From Candidatus Hadarchaeia archaeon (GTDB lineage: Archaea > Hadarchaeota > Hadarchaeia > Hadarchaeales > JAGGTB01), in the NCBI GenBank assembly GCA_046538535.1, contig JBKHIS010000001.1, positions 1-44,356 on the forward strand: a stretch of DNA of 44,356 nt, in the 5' to 3' direction. The translations under genes and the position numbers were made by a program. The notes beneath the pieces were generated by a model that ran no database searches, had not been told where the DNA came from, and was given only the letters and a program-made list of their open reading frames with translations. This document shows, in pieces, positions 8,258-17,007 of the stretch. Position 1 is the first letter of the stretch. Each line of letters begins with the position of its first letter.

Positions 8258-9214
8258 TTAAATCACCACCCATACTAAATTCAGAATTGCTAAAGTTGCT
8301 ACAGGGATCCAGTAAAACTTTAGAGTTTGATGTATTTTCAGTCGAGCTGTTATGCACCTTATGAGCGTGACAAGTATTAGAATTGCAATAGTCTTGATGA
8401 AGAATGATACGATTCCGGGAATTGAAAATCCTTGAACTGTTATCGACTGAGGGCCGCCCAGGAAAAGAGCCGATAAAAGTGCGGATAAGGCCAGTATCTC
8501 TACATTGAAGGTTGTTTTGAATACGGCGAGCTTAGGTCCGGCGTATTCGGTCAAAGGCCCGGACACTATTTCGGTTTCTGCTTCTGGTATATCGAATGGG
8601 GTTTTCAATAGTTTGCCGGGAGCCACGAGTAGCATCGCTACACATGCCAACGGCAATTTGTATATTAGCCAGCTGTTCTCCACTTGGTATTCAACGATAC
8701 TAGTTATGCTGAGTGGGTTGCTCCATCCTACATTTATGAGGTGCCCGGATACTGTTAAGGCGGCGATAATGAATGCAAATTCATAGCTGAAAAGTTGGAC
8801 GGCATATCTTGCGGATCCTATGGCTCCGAAAGGGCTTGAAGAGGAGTAACCTCCTATCATTAGTGAAATAGCGGGAATGTTGAGGAGATAGATTACTACA
8901 ATTAGATCGGCGGACGAACCTAAGGCAGCCTCTATAGAGTGAACGGGAATGAATAACATGACGGTTATTATGGCTCCGAATGCCAACAGCGGTGCGCTGG
9001 AGAAGAATAACTTCTGAGCTTTTGCGGGGATTATATCCTCCTTTGAAAGTAGTTTTCCTATGTCGAGAAATGGCTGCCAAAGGGGGGGACCAATTCTGTT
9101 CTGCATATGGGCCGCTATTTTCCTGTCTATACCTTCGTAGAGTAGTCCGAAAACTACGGAGAATATCAGTCCGGGAAATACAAGATATGAAATTAAAAAG
9201 CTTATTATCTCCAT
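8258..9214 (-). CDS. mbhM: Membrane-bound hydrogenase subunit MbhM (NuoH/HycD-like membrane subunit)
   Basis: 318 aa and polytopic, with the NuoH-like N-terminal segment RKIAAHMQNRIGP. The start overlaps the mbhL stop by 1 nt. Confidence 0.88.
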   Translation of the reverse strand: MEIISFLISYLVFPGLIFSVVFGLLYEGIDRKIAAHMQNRIGPPLWQPFLDIGKLLSKEDIIPAKAQKLFFSSAPLLAFGAIITVMLFIPVHSIEAALGSSADLIVVIYLLNIPAISLMIGGYSSSSPFGAIGSARYAVQLFSYEFAFIIAALTVSGHLINVGWSNPLSITSIVEYQVENSWLIYKLPLACVAMLLVAPGKLLKTPFDIPEAETEIVSGPLTEYAGPKLAVFKTTFNVEILALSALLSALFLGGPQSITVQGFSIPGIVSFFIKTIAILILVTLIRCITARLKIHQTLKFYWIPVATLAILNLVWVVI

Positions 9215-10386
9215 TATATCTTCTCCCTCAGCTCCCTTAAAGTTATTTTTCTAGTCCTTTCCGAGTCCCTGTCGACTATCGTAACTCTGTCGGCGCAGGC
9301 GAAGCATTGATCTATGCTTTCTATTACAATAGGTACCTCGGCCATTGTTTCTCCTTTTAACATCTCGAGTATTGGGGGTATATTGGCTATTGTGGGAGTT
9401 CTTACTTTGACTCTTGAGGGGACTTTTCCTCCATCCGATTTAATGTGATATATGAGCTCACCTCTTGGAGCTTCTATTCTTCCAGTTCCTTCACCTTCGG
9501 GAAGACCCTCCCCAACCCCTATGGGTAATCCTTTGGCCTCTTCGGATTTTATGGGTCCCGAGGGCATTTTCTCGAGAGCCTGCCTAATTATGCTAATTGA
9601 CTCTAGAAGTTCCTCTAGTCGGACCATTGCTTTTGCTAGGATGTCACCTTCCTCCTTGGTAATAACCTCGAAGGAAAGGTCCTTGTACTTTCCATAAGGA
9701 TCGTCTTTCCTTATGTCAAGGTTTATTCCTGATCCTCTAGCAACGGGGCCCACGGCACATAGTTCCAATGCATTTTTCTTTGTGAGAATTCCTTTGTCTC
9801 TACATCGGGCCTTTACCGTGGAGTCGGAGGAAAAGGCATCTACATAATACCTGGAACTTTCCTCGAGCTCTTCAAGCTTTTTTCTTATTTCCTTGGCTAG
9901 CCCGGGTTTTATGTCTCTTCTTACCCCCCCTACCTTGTTTATTGCGTAATTCACTCTGTTTCCTGAGATAGATTCTAGGAGGTCCATTACTGCTTCTCGA
10001 TCCCTCATGAGAGTCATGAAGAGCGTTTGAAATCCGATTTCCTCCGCAGCGACTCCTGCCCATAAGAGGTGAGAATGAATTCTCTCCAGCTCAGCCGTAA
10101 TGATCCTTATATATTGCGCGCGTTCAGGAACTTCGATGTTTGCTAGTCTTTCCGCGGCTTGTGTGTAACACGTTGTGTGCGCTACGCTGCAAATGCCACA
10201 GATTCTTTCTGCAAGATAAACTCCTCTATGATAGCTCCTTTCGGTCAAGGCCTTCTCTATTCCCCTATGCATGTAACCCATTCGTACGTCCGCATCTACT
10301 ATTTCTTCACCTTCAACCTCAATTTCAAAACGTTCTGGTTCGTGAAGGGCTGGGTGTTGTGGACCTACGGGAACTTTAAACGTCAT
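9214..10386 (-). CDS. mbhL: Membrane-bound [NiFe] hydrogenase large subunit MbhL (NuoD-like)
   Basis: 390 aa. The N-terminal RICGICSVAH and C-terminal DQCFACADR motifs supply all four NiFe-ligating Cys. A C-terminal tail after the motif is consistent with endopeptidase processing. Confidence 0.93.
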   Translation of the reverse strand: MTFKVPVGPQHPALHEPERFEIEVEGEEIVDADVRMGYMHRGIEKALTERSYHRGVYLAERICGICSVAHTTCYTQAAERLANIEVPERAQYIRIITAELERIHSHLLWAGVAAEEIGFQTLFMTLMRDREAVMDLLESISGNRVNYAINKVGGVRRDIKPGLAKEIRKKLEELEESSRYYVDAFSSDSTVKARCRDKGILTKKNALELCAVGPVARGSGINLDIRKDDPYGKYKDLSFEVITKEEGDILAKAMVRLEELLESISIIRQALEKMPSGPIKSEEAKGLPIGVGEGLPEGEGTGRIEAPRGELIYHIKSDGGKVPSRVKVRTPTIANIPPILEMLKGETMAEVPIVIESIDQCFACADRVTIVDRDSERTRKITLRELREKI

Positions 10387-10972
10387 TTTTATCTCCCTCT
10401 TTTTTCATCTGATTTTTTAACCATTTCTTTAGACTTGACCTATTTTTCTCATTTTTTTCTTTCTCTAGGAGTGTTTTGTAGTCTATATCTTCTAGTTCGC
10501 GACAGAAGTTCTTGATTTCGGATATATTTTGTTTTACAATCTCGGAATAGTTGTATTTTCCTTTCCTCAACGGATGTTTATGCTCAGGCCAGCTGTCGGC
10601 GAGGAAGAGCCTTCTTGGATCCGGATGTCCTTTCACTTCTAATCCTAGCATGTCCATTATTTCGCGTTCGTAAAGAATTGCCCCTGGGAATATATTGGTT
10701 ATCGACTCTATGCTTTCGTTCTCTTTTTCTACTTCAAAGCTTATGTTTAGCAGAGTTCCATTTCCCGTTTCTAGGTGGTATAGAATCTCAAATTTTTCCC
10801 CAATATCGGTTCCCGTAATGGCAGTCAGGTGGTTTAGACCGTTTTTCTTTAACTCGTCAAATAACTCCAGATAACAGTCCTTTCCAACGCTAGCGTATAT
10901 CCTTCTTTGATCCTCTCTTTTTATTTTTCCCTCGTGCTTCTCTATGAGGGATTTAATTTTTTCATTTTCCAT
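10376..10972 (-). CDS. mbhK: Membrane-bound hydrogenase subunit MbhK (NuoC-like)
   Basis: 198 aa. NuoC-like core (AILYEREIMDMLGLEVKGHPDPRRLFL, HPLRKG) with a Lys/Glu-rich C-terminal tail. It overlaps the mbhL start by 11 nt. Confidence 0.85.
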   Translation of the reverse strand: MENEKIKSLIEKHEGKIKREDQRRIYASVGKDCYLELFDELKKNGLNHLTAITGTDIGEKFEILYHLETGNGTLLNISFEVEKENESIESITNIFPGAILYEREIMDMLGLEVKGHPDPRRLFLADSWPEHKHPLRKGKYNYSEIVKQNISEIKNFCRELEDIDYKTLLEKEKNEKNRSSLKKWLKNQMKKEGDKNDV

Positions 10973-10978
10973 GGTTTC

Positions 10979-11392
10979 TCACTCCTTGTTGAGGGTTTTA
11001 TAGATGCCGTCTATGATGGCCTCTGGTTTCGGTGGACATCCAGGAACGAATGAATCTGTAGGGATGATTTCATCAAGGGGACCCTCTACGTTGTAGCACC
11101 TGTCGTAAAGGTGACAAGTTGTCGGACAGGACCCTACTCCTATTACAGTCTTGGGGTCTGGCATTTGTTCGTAAAGTTGCTCTAGCCTTTCTTTTGCTTG
11201 CCTTGTCACTGGCCCCGTAACGACAAATATATCAGCGTGTCTAGGTGTTCCTTTTTTGAGTATTCCCATTCTCTCTACATCGTATTTAGGGGTTAGTGCT
11301 GCAACTAACTCTATCGCACAGCCGTTGCATCCACCCGTGTCGTAGTGAAGTATCCAAGGAGATTTTTTTCGAAAGTATCTACAAATTCCCAT
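10979..11392 (-). CDS. mbhJ: Membrane-bound hydrogenase small subunit MbhJ (NuoB-like)
   Basis: 137 aa. GGCNGCAIE, GSCPTTC and PGCPP cysteine motifs of the NuoB/Ech-type [4Fe-4S] subunit. Confidence 0.9.
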   Translation of the reverse strand: MGICRYFRKKSPWILHYDTGGCNGCAIELVAALTPKYDVERMGILKKGTPRHADIFVVTGPVTRQAKERLEQLYEQMPDPKTVIGVGSCPTTCHLYDRCYNVEGPLDEIIPTDSFVPGCPPKPEAIIDGIYKTLNKE

Positions 11393-11396
11393 GTGC

Positions 11397-11735
11397 TTAC
11401 ACCAACTTTATCATAATCCATAGAAGTATTACTATAAAACCTGAGATTATCCACAAAAGATATGAGCTTAGATCCCCACTGTGAGCGGATATTAGTTCCT
11501 CATAGAGTTTTCCGAAAGTTCTTCTGATTGGTGAATAGAACTGATCAGCACTCTGTATTGTTTCTTTTGCCTTGACTTCTTCTCCGCAACCGTAAGTCAT
11601 TGTTTTCCGCTTGGTGGGGCTTTGAGGAATTAAACTGTGGTTAATGCGGATCACTATCCAACTAATAAGGGCACCCAATAGAATTCCTCCCGTTGCTACG
11701 ATTGGTTCCCAAAATCCGGATCCAAATTCCATCAT
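11397..11735 (-). CDS. mbhI: Membrane-bound hydrogenase small membrane subunit (MbhI position)
   Basis: 112 aa with two hydrophobic helices flanking a polar loop. Assigned by its position between the MbhH-like and MbhJ-like genes. Confidence 0.7.
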   Translation of the reverse strand: MMEFGSGFWEPIVATGGILLGALISWIVIRINHSLIPQSPTKRKTMTYGCGEEVKAKETIQSADQFYSPIRRTFGKLYEELISAHSGDLSSYLLWIISGFIVILLWIMIKLV

Positions 11736-13267
11736 ATACCACCCAAGACGATTTCAATATATTCCAGCCTGTTTAATAGAGTTGATTGAGCTGGTTCAAT
11801 CACATCCATTCCTAGCTGTGGAAAGATCCCCAGTATTATGCAAAGACTGGCAAGTATGATCATGGGAATCAGCATCCCGATAGGAACTTCTTTTGTTTGG
11901 ATTTCCACGTCTTTGGTCTGACCAAGGAATATTGAGCCTATTGCTTTTAGCAAATAGGCAAGCGTCAATGCGCTAACTATGACGGCTATCACGGTGAGGT
12001 ATGGATATCCAGATTCAATACCGGACATGTAAATTATCCATTTACTTGCGAATCCATTAAATGGCGGTATTCCTGATAGTGCCAGTGCACCGATAACGAA
12101 AGCAATAGTTGTAACCGGCATTTTGTTTCCAATCCCCCCTAGTTCCTCCATTTTTGATGTTCCATATCTATAGACTATTGCTCCGGCACATAGGAAAAGA
12201 AGGGATTTGTAGATGGCGTTGTTTAACATATGGAAGAGACCTCCCTGGATTCCTATTTCTGCAGCAGCTTCTGGGGCAGTTGCTCCTAGTCCAATTCCCA
12301 AGAGAATGTACCCCATTTGGGAGATTCCTGAGTATGCTAAAAGTCTCTTTATGTCCTTTTGGACCAGAGCAAGCAAGGCACCCACTATCATTGAAACCAG
12401 TCCCAGTCCTACAAATATCGTTCCAATGGATAGATTCGCGAAGAGCATGAATACTATTCTGACTAAAGCGTACACTCCTGCCACAGCGGTTCCTCCGGCC
12501 ATGATGGAGCTTATAGATGATGGCGCGCTCTGATAGGAGTCCGGTAACCAGGCATGCAATGGGACCATTCCAATTTTTATTCCTAATCCGGTTATGAACA
12601 AGCCCATTGAAGCAATGGTTACGAAAGATGTTTTTCCTAGCTCTCCTTCAAGAATTATGAGTCTTCTCGCGATGTCGGCTATATTTAGCGTACCAGTGAG
12701 TCCGTAGAGAAGAGCTATACCAAGAAGGAGGAATGAAGTTCCTATGGTTCCCATTACTAGATATTTAAAGGAGGCTTCTATCGCCTTCCGGTCACGATAG
12801 AATGAGACCAACGCGTATGAACATATGCTCATAATTTCGAAAAATACATAGAAATTGAATATGTCTCCTGTTAGTGATACCCCCATCATTCCGGCAATTA
12901 GAAGAAATAGCAATGTATAGTATTTTCCTTGTCCTTCTTTTGGTGACATGAAGAAGAAGGAATAAATAGCGACTAGGTAGCCGATGGCAGAGACAATTAA
13001 GGCTGCTAGAACTCCTAGATTATCTATTGTGAGATTAATACCAAGTGGGGGTGTACGGCCTGCTACTTCGTATATAACTGTTCCGTTTTGCCAGACTTGA
13101 GCAGAGAAGTTTAAAACCAGTAAAACTTGGATTGAGAGTAAGCCGAGTACAAAGACGCTCCTTATTTCTTTTTTGTTCAATTTTTCAGATATTATACTTA
13201 TAACAGGGGTTAGGAATCCTCCTAATAGCGGTACTACAATTGCTAAGATTGGTGCGTGGGGAATCAT
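11732..13267 (-). CDS. mbhH: MbhH, NuoL/M/N- and MrpD-like antiporter-type membrane subunit
   Basis: 511 aa and polytopic, with typical NuoL/MrpD segments (WLPDSYQSAPSSISSIMAG, LLAYSGISQMGY). 4-nt overlaps on both sides. Confidence 0.9.
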   Translation of the reverse strand: MIPHAPILAIVVPLLGGFLTPVISIISEKLNKKEIRSVFVLGLLSIQVLLVLNFSAQVWQNGTVIYEVAGRTPPLGINLTIDNLGVLAALIVSAIGYLVAIYSFFFMSPKEGQGKYYTLLFLLIAGMMGVSLTGDIFNFYVFFEIMSICSYALVSFYRDRKAIEASFKYLVMGTIGTSFLLLGIALLYGLTGTLNIADIARRLIILEGELGKTSFVTIASMGLFITGLGIKIGMVPLHAWLPDSYQSAPSSISSIMAGGTAVAGVYALVRIVFMLFANLSIGTIFVGLGLVSMIVGALLALVQKDIKRLLAYSGISQMGYILLGIGLGATAPEAAAEIGIQGGLFHMLNNAIYKSLLFLCAGAIVYRYGTSKMEELGGIGNKMPVTTIAFVIGALALSGIPPFNGFASKWIIYMSGIESGYPYLTVIAVIVSALTLAYLLKAIGSIFLGQTKDVEIQTKEVPIGMLIPMIILASLCIILGIFPQLGMDVIEPAQSTLLNRLEYIEIVLGGI

Positions 13268-13650
13268 CCTCTCAGCTCCCTTATCTTTCTAGGATCTAGA
13301 GTTTCGTATTTTCGATAGGCATATATTGATAATGACAAAGCAAGAGCAATGATGCATATATCTATAACAATTGAGGTAAGAACTAGTACTTGAGGAAGCG
13401 GGTCTACTGCTTGTGATGTGAAGGGATTTTTGGTACCTTCTCTGAACAGATTTAGGAGTTCTCCACCGAGTATTGCAGGTATGCCCCCTTCACGGTATCC
13501 TATGCTTATCAAAAGTAGGTGTATTCCGTTGGTCATTACTTGAAGGCCGATAACCATCTTAATCAAGTTCCTCTTTATCAGAACGCAATACAGGCCGAGA
13601 ATGAAAAGCAACATTGCTATGATATAATGTAGTGAAATCATTTCACTCAC
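13264..13650 (-). CDS. mbhG: MbhG, MrpC/NuoK-like membrane subunit
   Basis: 128 aa with three hydrophobic helices, assigned by its position in the operon. Confidence 0.78.
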   Translation of the reverse strand: MSEMISLHYIIAMLLFILGLYCVLIKRNLIKMVIGLQVMTNGIHLLLISIGYREGGIPAILGGELLNLFREGTKNPFTSQAVDPLPQVLVLTSIVIDICIIALALSLSIYAYRKYETLDPRKIRELRG

Positions 13651-14074
13651 TCTCCGATATTTCTAACATTGCGTATAGGATTGTTATGAAGCCGGCTGCT
13701 ACCTTTATTCCCACTCCAAGATTCAGCACTGGAAGATTCCCGCCACTGAATATCTTTCCAAGCTCTCCAAGAGGAAGAATATTTTCTAGGAAAAACAATC
13801 CGAAAATCGCTCCAAAGAGTCCGAGGCCGATGAGAATTAAACTTCCTATACTCTCGGATATTTCTGCGTGTATCAACGGTATTTTTTCGGAAGTTCGCTC
13901 TCCTCCATAGGCTAGGATTAATAACAACACGGATGCTCCTATTATGACTCCTCCAGGGAATCCACCTCCCGGGGTTAGATGTCCGTGGAGCGTTATGTAT
14001 ATTCCAAGCAGAAACATAAATGGAAACAGTAGTCTAGCAATAGTTTTTACTATCAACGTCATTCCCTTTCTCAT
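13643..14074 (-). CDS. mbhF: MbhF, MrpB-like membrane subunit
   Basis: 143 aa. GHLTPGGGFPGGVI motif typical of the MnhB/MrpB domain. Confidence 0.78.
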   Translation of the reverse strand: MRKGMTLIVKTIARLLFPFMFLLGIYITLHGHLTPGGGFPGGVIIGASVLLLILAYGGERTSEKIPLIHAEISESIGSLILIGLGLFGAIFGLFFLENILPLGELGKIFSGGNLPVLNLGVGIKVAAGFITILYAMLEISESE

Positions 14075-14415
14075 TCTTCCTCCTCCTTCATTGCTCTAAA
14101 TATCAGAGCTACTCCGGTAACTGCTGCAAAGAGCACAGTTGCTTCTCCTAACGTATCATAACCTCTGTAATCCCAGAGTATGTCCGTTATAACATTTGTT
14201 CCCCCGACTTCTTCCGGAGTTTCCTCTAAGAACCTCTGTCCTATGCTTTCATTGTCACTTATCCCCTCTATTGAGCGTGGAGCGGAGTTGCTTATCCCCC
14301 GGTTTGGGAATGAGCCGAATTCCTGAAATTCTTCCTGAAGGACGGCGCCTATGAAAACTGCTGCGACTATAATTATGAGACATATCCCGATTGTTTTCCT
14401 GATTCCCTCTTTCAT
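14071..14415 (-). CDS. mbhE: MbhE-like membrane subunit (MnhB-related)
   Basis: 114 aa. N-terminal TM helix and an ILWDYRGYDTLGEATVLF motif. Confidence 0.75.
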   Translation of the reverse strand: MKEGIRKTIGICLIIIVAAVFIGAVLQEEFQEFGSFPNRGISNSAPRSIEGISDNESIGQRFLEETPEEVGGTNVITDILWDYRGYDTLGEATVLFAAVTGVALIFRAMKEEEE

Positions 14416-14663
14416 GAAATCTCCTCCCTTTTTGTTTTGCTTATTGCTATGACGTAAATGGCGGTAGCAACTCCAGCATTTACAGCAGCCTCCGTAATTG
14501 CTATGTCAGGGGCCTGAAGCATGTAAAATATTAAGGCGAGGGTTACGCTTGATCCTGCGAGAATTATGACAGCATATAAAAGATCTTTCATTTCAATGGC
14601 TAGGAATGTTAGGATTATAAGGGTAAATAGAAGAGTTGTTTGAATGATGATTTCCCAGGTCAT
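14412..14663 (-). CDS. mbhD: MbhD-like membrane subunit (MrpA C-terminal-like)
   Basis: 83 aa with hydrophobic helices, assigned by operon position and 4-nt overlaps. Confidence 0.72.
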   Translation of the reverse strand: MTWEIIIQTTLLFTLIILTFLAIEMKDLLYAVIILAGSSVTLALIFYMLQAPDIAITEAAVNAGVATAIYVIAISKTKREEIS

Positions 14664-14986
14664 TTGCTTTCCTCCTCCAGCTCGTCTCTGAGAGTTTTTG
14701 GGGCTGGTTTTATTCCTGATTTGTGTGCCGATCTTGCTATTGCATGGGATCCTACTGGATTAGTTATGAATATTAGCAATGCAATCAAAACCAGCTTTAT
14801 TACGTGGGTTTGGGTTCCTTCGATTACGATCGCCCCGATTATTATTAGAATTGTGCCCCCCACTACCCCCACTGTCTGAGAGTGTATTCGGTTGTATGGA
14901 TCCGGCATTCTGAGAATGCCCACTGCGCCGATTATGCTGAATATTCCCCCTATTATGACAATCAGTTTGCCTATGTACTCTATCAT
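14660..14986 (-). CDS. mbhC: MbhC, MrpG/MnhG-like membrane subunit
   Basis: 108 aa. ILRMPDPYNRIHSQT and NPVGSHAIARSA motifs typical of MnhG. Confidence 0.8.
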   Translation of the reverse strand: MIEYIGKLIVIIGGIFSIIGAVGILRMPDPYNRIHSQTVGVVGGTILIIIGAIVIEGTQTHVIKLVLIALLIFITNPVGSHAIARSAHKSGIKPAPKTLRDELEEESK

Positions 14987-15243
14987 TCTTTCAGGTTCCT
15001 CCCCTCTAGGTATTTTGAGACTGCCAAGGTTCCGATAAAGGCTAGAAATGCGTAGACTAAGGCTATGTCCAAGAGCATTGATTCCTCGTAAATTATGCTG
15101 AGAAGAATCAGAATAGCGATGGTAAATGAAGTAAAGGTATCTATGGAAATCACTCTATCTGCAAAGGAGGGACCGTATCCAGCCCTAATCAGACAGATTA
15201 AGCTTGCTGCTATGAGGATACCAACGCTTCCGATCAGCATCAT
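14983..15243 (-). CDS. mbhB: MbhB, MrpF/MnhF-like membrane subunit
   Basis: 86 aa. GPSFADRVISIDT motif typical of MnhF. Confidence 0.8.
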   Translation of the reverse strand: MMLIGSVGILIAASLICLIRAGYGPSFADRVISIDTFTSFTIAILILLSIIYEESMLLDIALVYAFLAFIGTLAVSKYLEGRNLKE

Positions 15244-15740
15244 TTAAAACCCTCCTCTAAGTGTTCACCGTAAGGGCTGATTATTCTCTTTTTTATGTCT
15301 TCCTTCTTTTCGTACTGGGTATTTATCCAGTGTACGTAAAGATTGGAACTATCTTCGTCTAAATCGACCGTCAGGGTCCCTGGAGTCATTGTTATGGAGT
15401 TCGCGAGGGAAGTTATTCCGATTTCACTTTTTAATTCTGTGGGAATCTTGACGATTGAAGGTTCAATTGGAAGGTCAGGATGGATTATTCTGTAAGCTAC
15501 ATCTAGATGCGATTTAATTTCTGCGTATATGTAGGTGGGGATATAAGCAAAAACTCGGGAAATTCTTTTCGGATTTAGCATTTCGAGCGGCTTTTTACTA
15601 AACAGATTGTAGGATATTGCACTTACGAATCCTGCTGAGGCGAGACCAATCAAAAGTTCTTGTGTGGATAGTGAATGAGTAAGAATGATCCAAGCGACGA
15701 TGAGACAAATGAAAATTACTAGCGATTTTTTGTATTTCAT
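15240..15740 (-). CDS. mbhA: MbhA, MrpE/MnhE-like membrane subunit (first gene of the operon)
   Basis: 166 aa. N-terminal TM helices followed by an MnhE-like soluble part (ITMTPGTLTVDLDEDSSNLYVHW). Confidence 0.8.
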   Translation of the reverse strand: MKYKKSLVIFICLIVAWIILTHSLSTQELLIGLASAGFVSAISYNLFSKKPLEMLNPKRISRVFAYIPTYIYAEIKSHLDVAYRIIHPDLPIEPSIVKIPTELKSEIGITSLANSITMTPGTLTVDLDEDSSNLYVHWINTQYEKKEDIKKRIISPYGEHLEEGFK

Positions 15741-15802
15741 TTTCTAACCTTACTTTACTCTCTAGAAGACAATTACTACGTTAGATTTTATGAATATTAT
15801 TG

Positions 15803-15841
15803 AAAAAAAGATTCTCTTCGGGTTTGATTCGGGGAAAAGAG
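15803..15841 (-). terminator. Candidate terminator downstream of the 15857-16945 gene
   Basis: On the minus strand, a CTCTT..AAGAG stem is followed by a T7 run (plus-strand A-run 15803-15809). It lies between the upstream stop and the A/T-rich mbh promoter region (CAATAATATTCATAAA). Confidence 0.4.
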
Positions 15842-15856
15842 CACGTTTTTAAAAAT

Positions 15857-16945
15857 CTATTCTTCGATTAGAAGATAGGGGGATAGTTTGGAATCCACTG
15901 TATCAAATCTTATTCTTCTTTTTTCCGAATCGTACCCGGTTTCGCTAAATTTTATTACTATTCCCTTGTAATTTTCTCTCTGTTGATTTTCGAAATAATT
16001 CTCAAGATTTATCTTGTACCAGTCCTCTTTGTGTAGATTTATTTCATCTAAGAGGAGGTTAGAATGGTTTGGCTTATTCTTCCATGTGGTTGTGTTTTCC
16101 TTCCAGCTTTCAATAATTGGATAGATTTGGAGTTTGATGTTTTCGTTTCTCAATTTGGAGTATTTGTGTCCCCAGTATTTATGCATGAGAAGGTAAGCTT
16201 CTTTGATATTTGGTGGAAAATTCTCATCTTTCCAATCTAAAAGTACGTAGGAATTTCCTTCTCTTTGGGTTCGTAGTTCTAAATAGTCCCGATCGGAGAA
16301 ATTTTTTCTCTTTTCGTTTTCGTATATGAAGGTGGTCTTATCTGGTTCTAAGACTGAACTTCCCGTGGAATTTATTTTTTTATCGTATCTTTCTAGTTCC
16401 ACATTCTTTGAGATGGATGTTATTCTTATATCTAGGTTTTCTACGCCTTGATAAAATTTTATTTTTACTTTAATATTTTTTAAAGCCCCGCTTGGAATCC
16501 TCCACCCTTTCTTGGGGCCTATATCTACAAAAAATCCTTTTCTTCTTTTATTTAAAGTTCTTATATCTTTAGTTCTAACAGATTTCCATTCTCCGTCTTT
16601 CTTAAATAATAAAGAAGCTTTTTCTCTATTTATTCCAACTATCTCCATCCTAATGAATATGTTTTCCCATGCTGGAGCTTCTTCTGGACTTTCATTGATT
16701 ATCTCTAATCCAAAATTTTCCCATTTTCCTGCTTGGATCTTCTTCTTGGGCCCTCCCAACTCGTTTCCCTTTTCGTATTGTATATGAAGAGAATTACGAA
16801 TATTATTGGGTTCAACACTTATTCTGTCGTTTATCGTATTGCTTACTGAGAATATCCCAGATCCATATGCTATTCCAGCTATGAGTATTACAACGATTAT
16901 AATCGATGCTGATAATTTTTTTGAGAGGCTGACGTTTTCTTTCAA
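15857..16945 (-). CDS. Membrane-anchored extracellular protein with a C-terminal DNRLRE-like domain
   Basis: 362 aa. N-terminal anchor LSASIIIVVILIAGIAYG. The C-terminal part (DRDYLELRTQ..YVLLDW..IKEAYLLMHKYW..LQIYPIIESWKENTTTWKNKPN) resembles the DNRLRE / disaggregatase-related domain pattern. The domain call is tentative. Confidence 0.6.
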   Translation of the reverse strand: MKENVSLSKKLSASIIIVVILIAGIAYGSGIFSVSNTINDRISVEPNNIRNSLHIQYEKGNELGGPKKKIQAGKWENFGLEIINESPEEAPAWENIFIRMEIVGINREKASLLFKKDGEWKSVRTKDIRTLNKRRKGFFVDIGPKKGWRIPSGALKNIKVKIKFYQGVENLDIRITSISKNVELERYDKKINSTGSSVLEPDKTTFIYENEKRKNFSDRDYLELRTQREGNSYVLLDWKDENFPPNIKEAYLLMHKYWGHKYSKLRNENIKLQIYPIIESWKENTTTWKNKPNHSNLLLDEINLHKEDWYKINLENYFENQQRENYKGIVIKFSETGYDSEKRRIRFDTVDSKLSPYLLIEE

Positions 16946-17007
16946 TTTACTCCTATGAGTTGTTGATATAAGTTTCTTTAAAAGGGGGAAAATTCAATTC
17001 TCCACAA

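Noticed and set aside
8058-8261. 67-aa plus-strand ORF
   Set aside because: It is antisense to the mbhN coding frame, which carries two complete 4Fe-4S ferredoxin motifs.
9214-10386. Possibility that the cluster is an Mbx/Mbs-type sulfur or polysulfide reductase rather than a hydrogenase
   Set aside because: The large subunit retains both CxxC pairs for the NiFe site and a cleavable C-terminal tail. A HycI-type protease, hypC and hypE are adjacent. There is only one NuoL-like subunit. All of this favours a true Mbh hydrogenase.
12154-12533. Two overlapping plus-strand ORFs (98 and 106 aa)
   Set aside because: They are antisense shadows inside mbhH, a 511-aa NuoL/MrpD-like gene with intact conserved segments.
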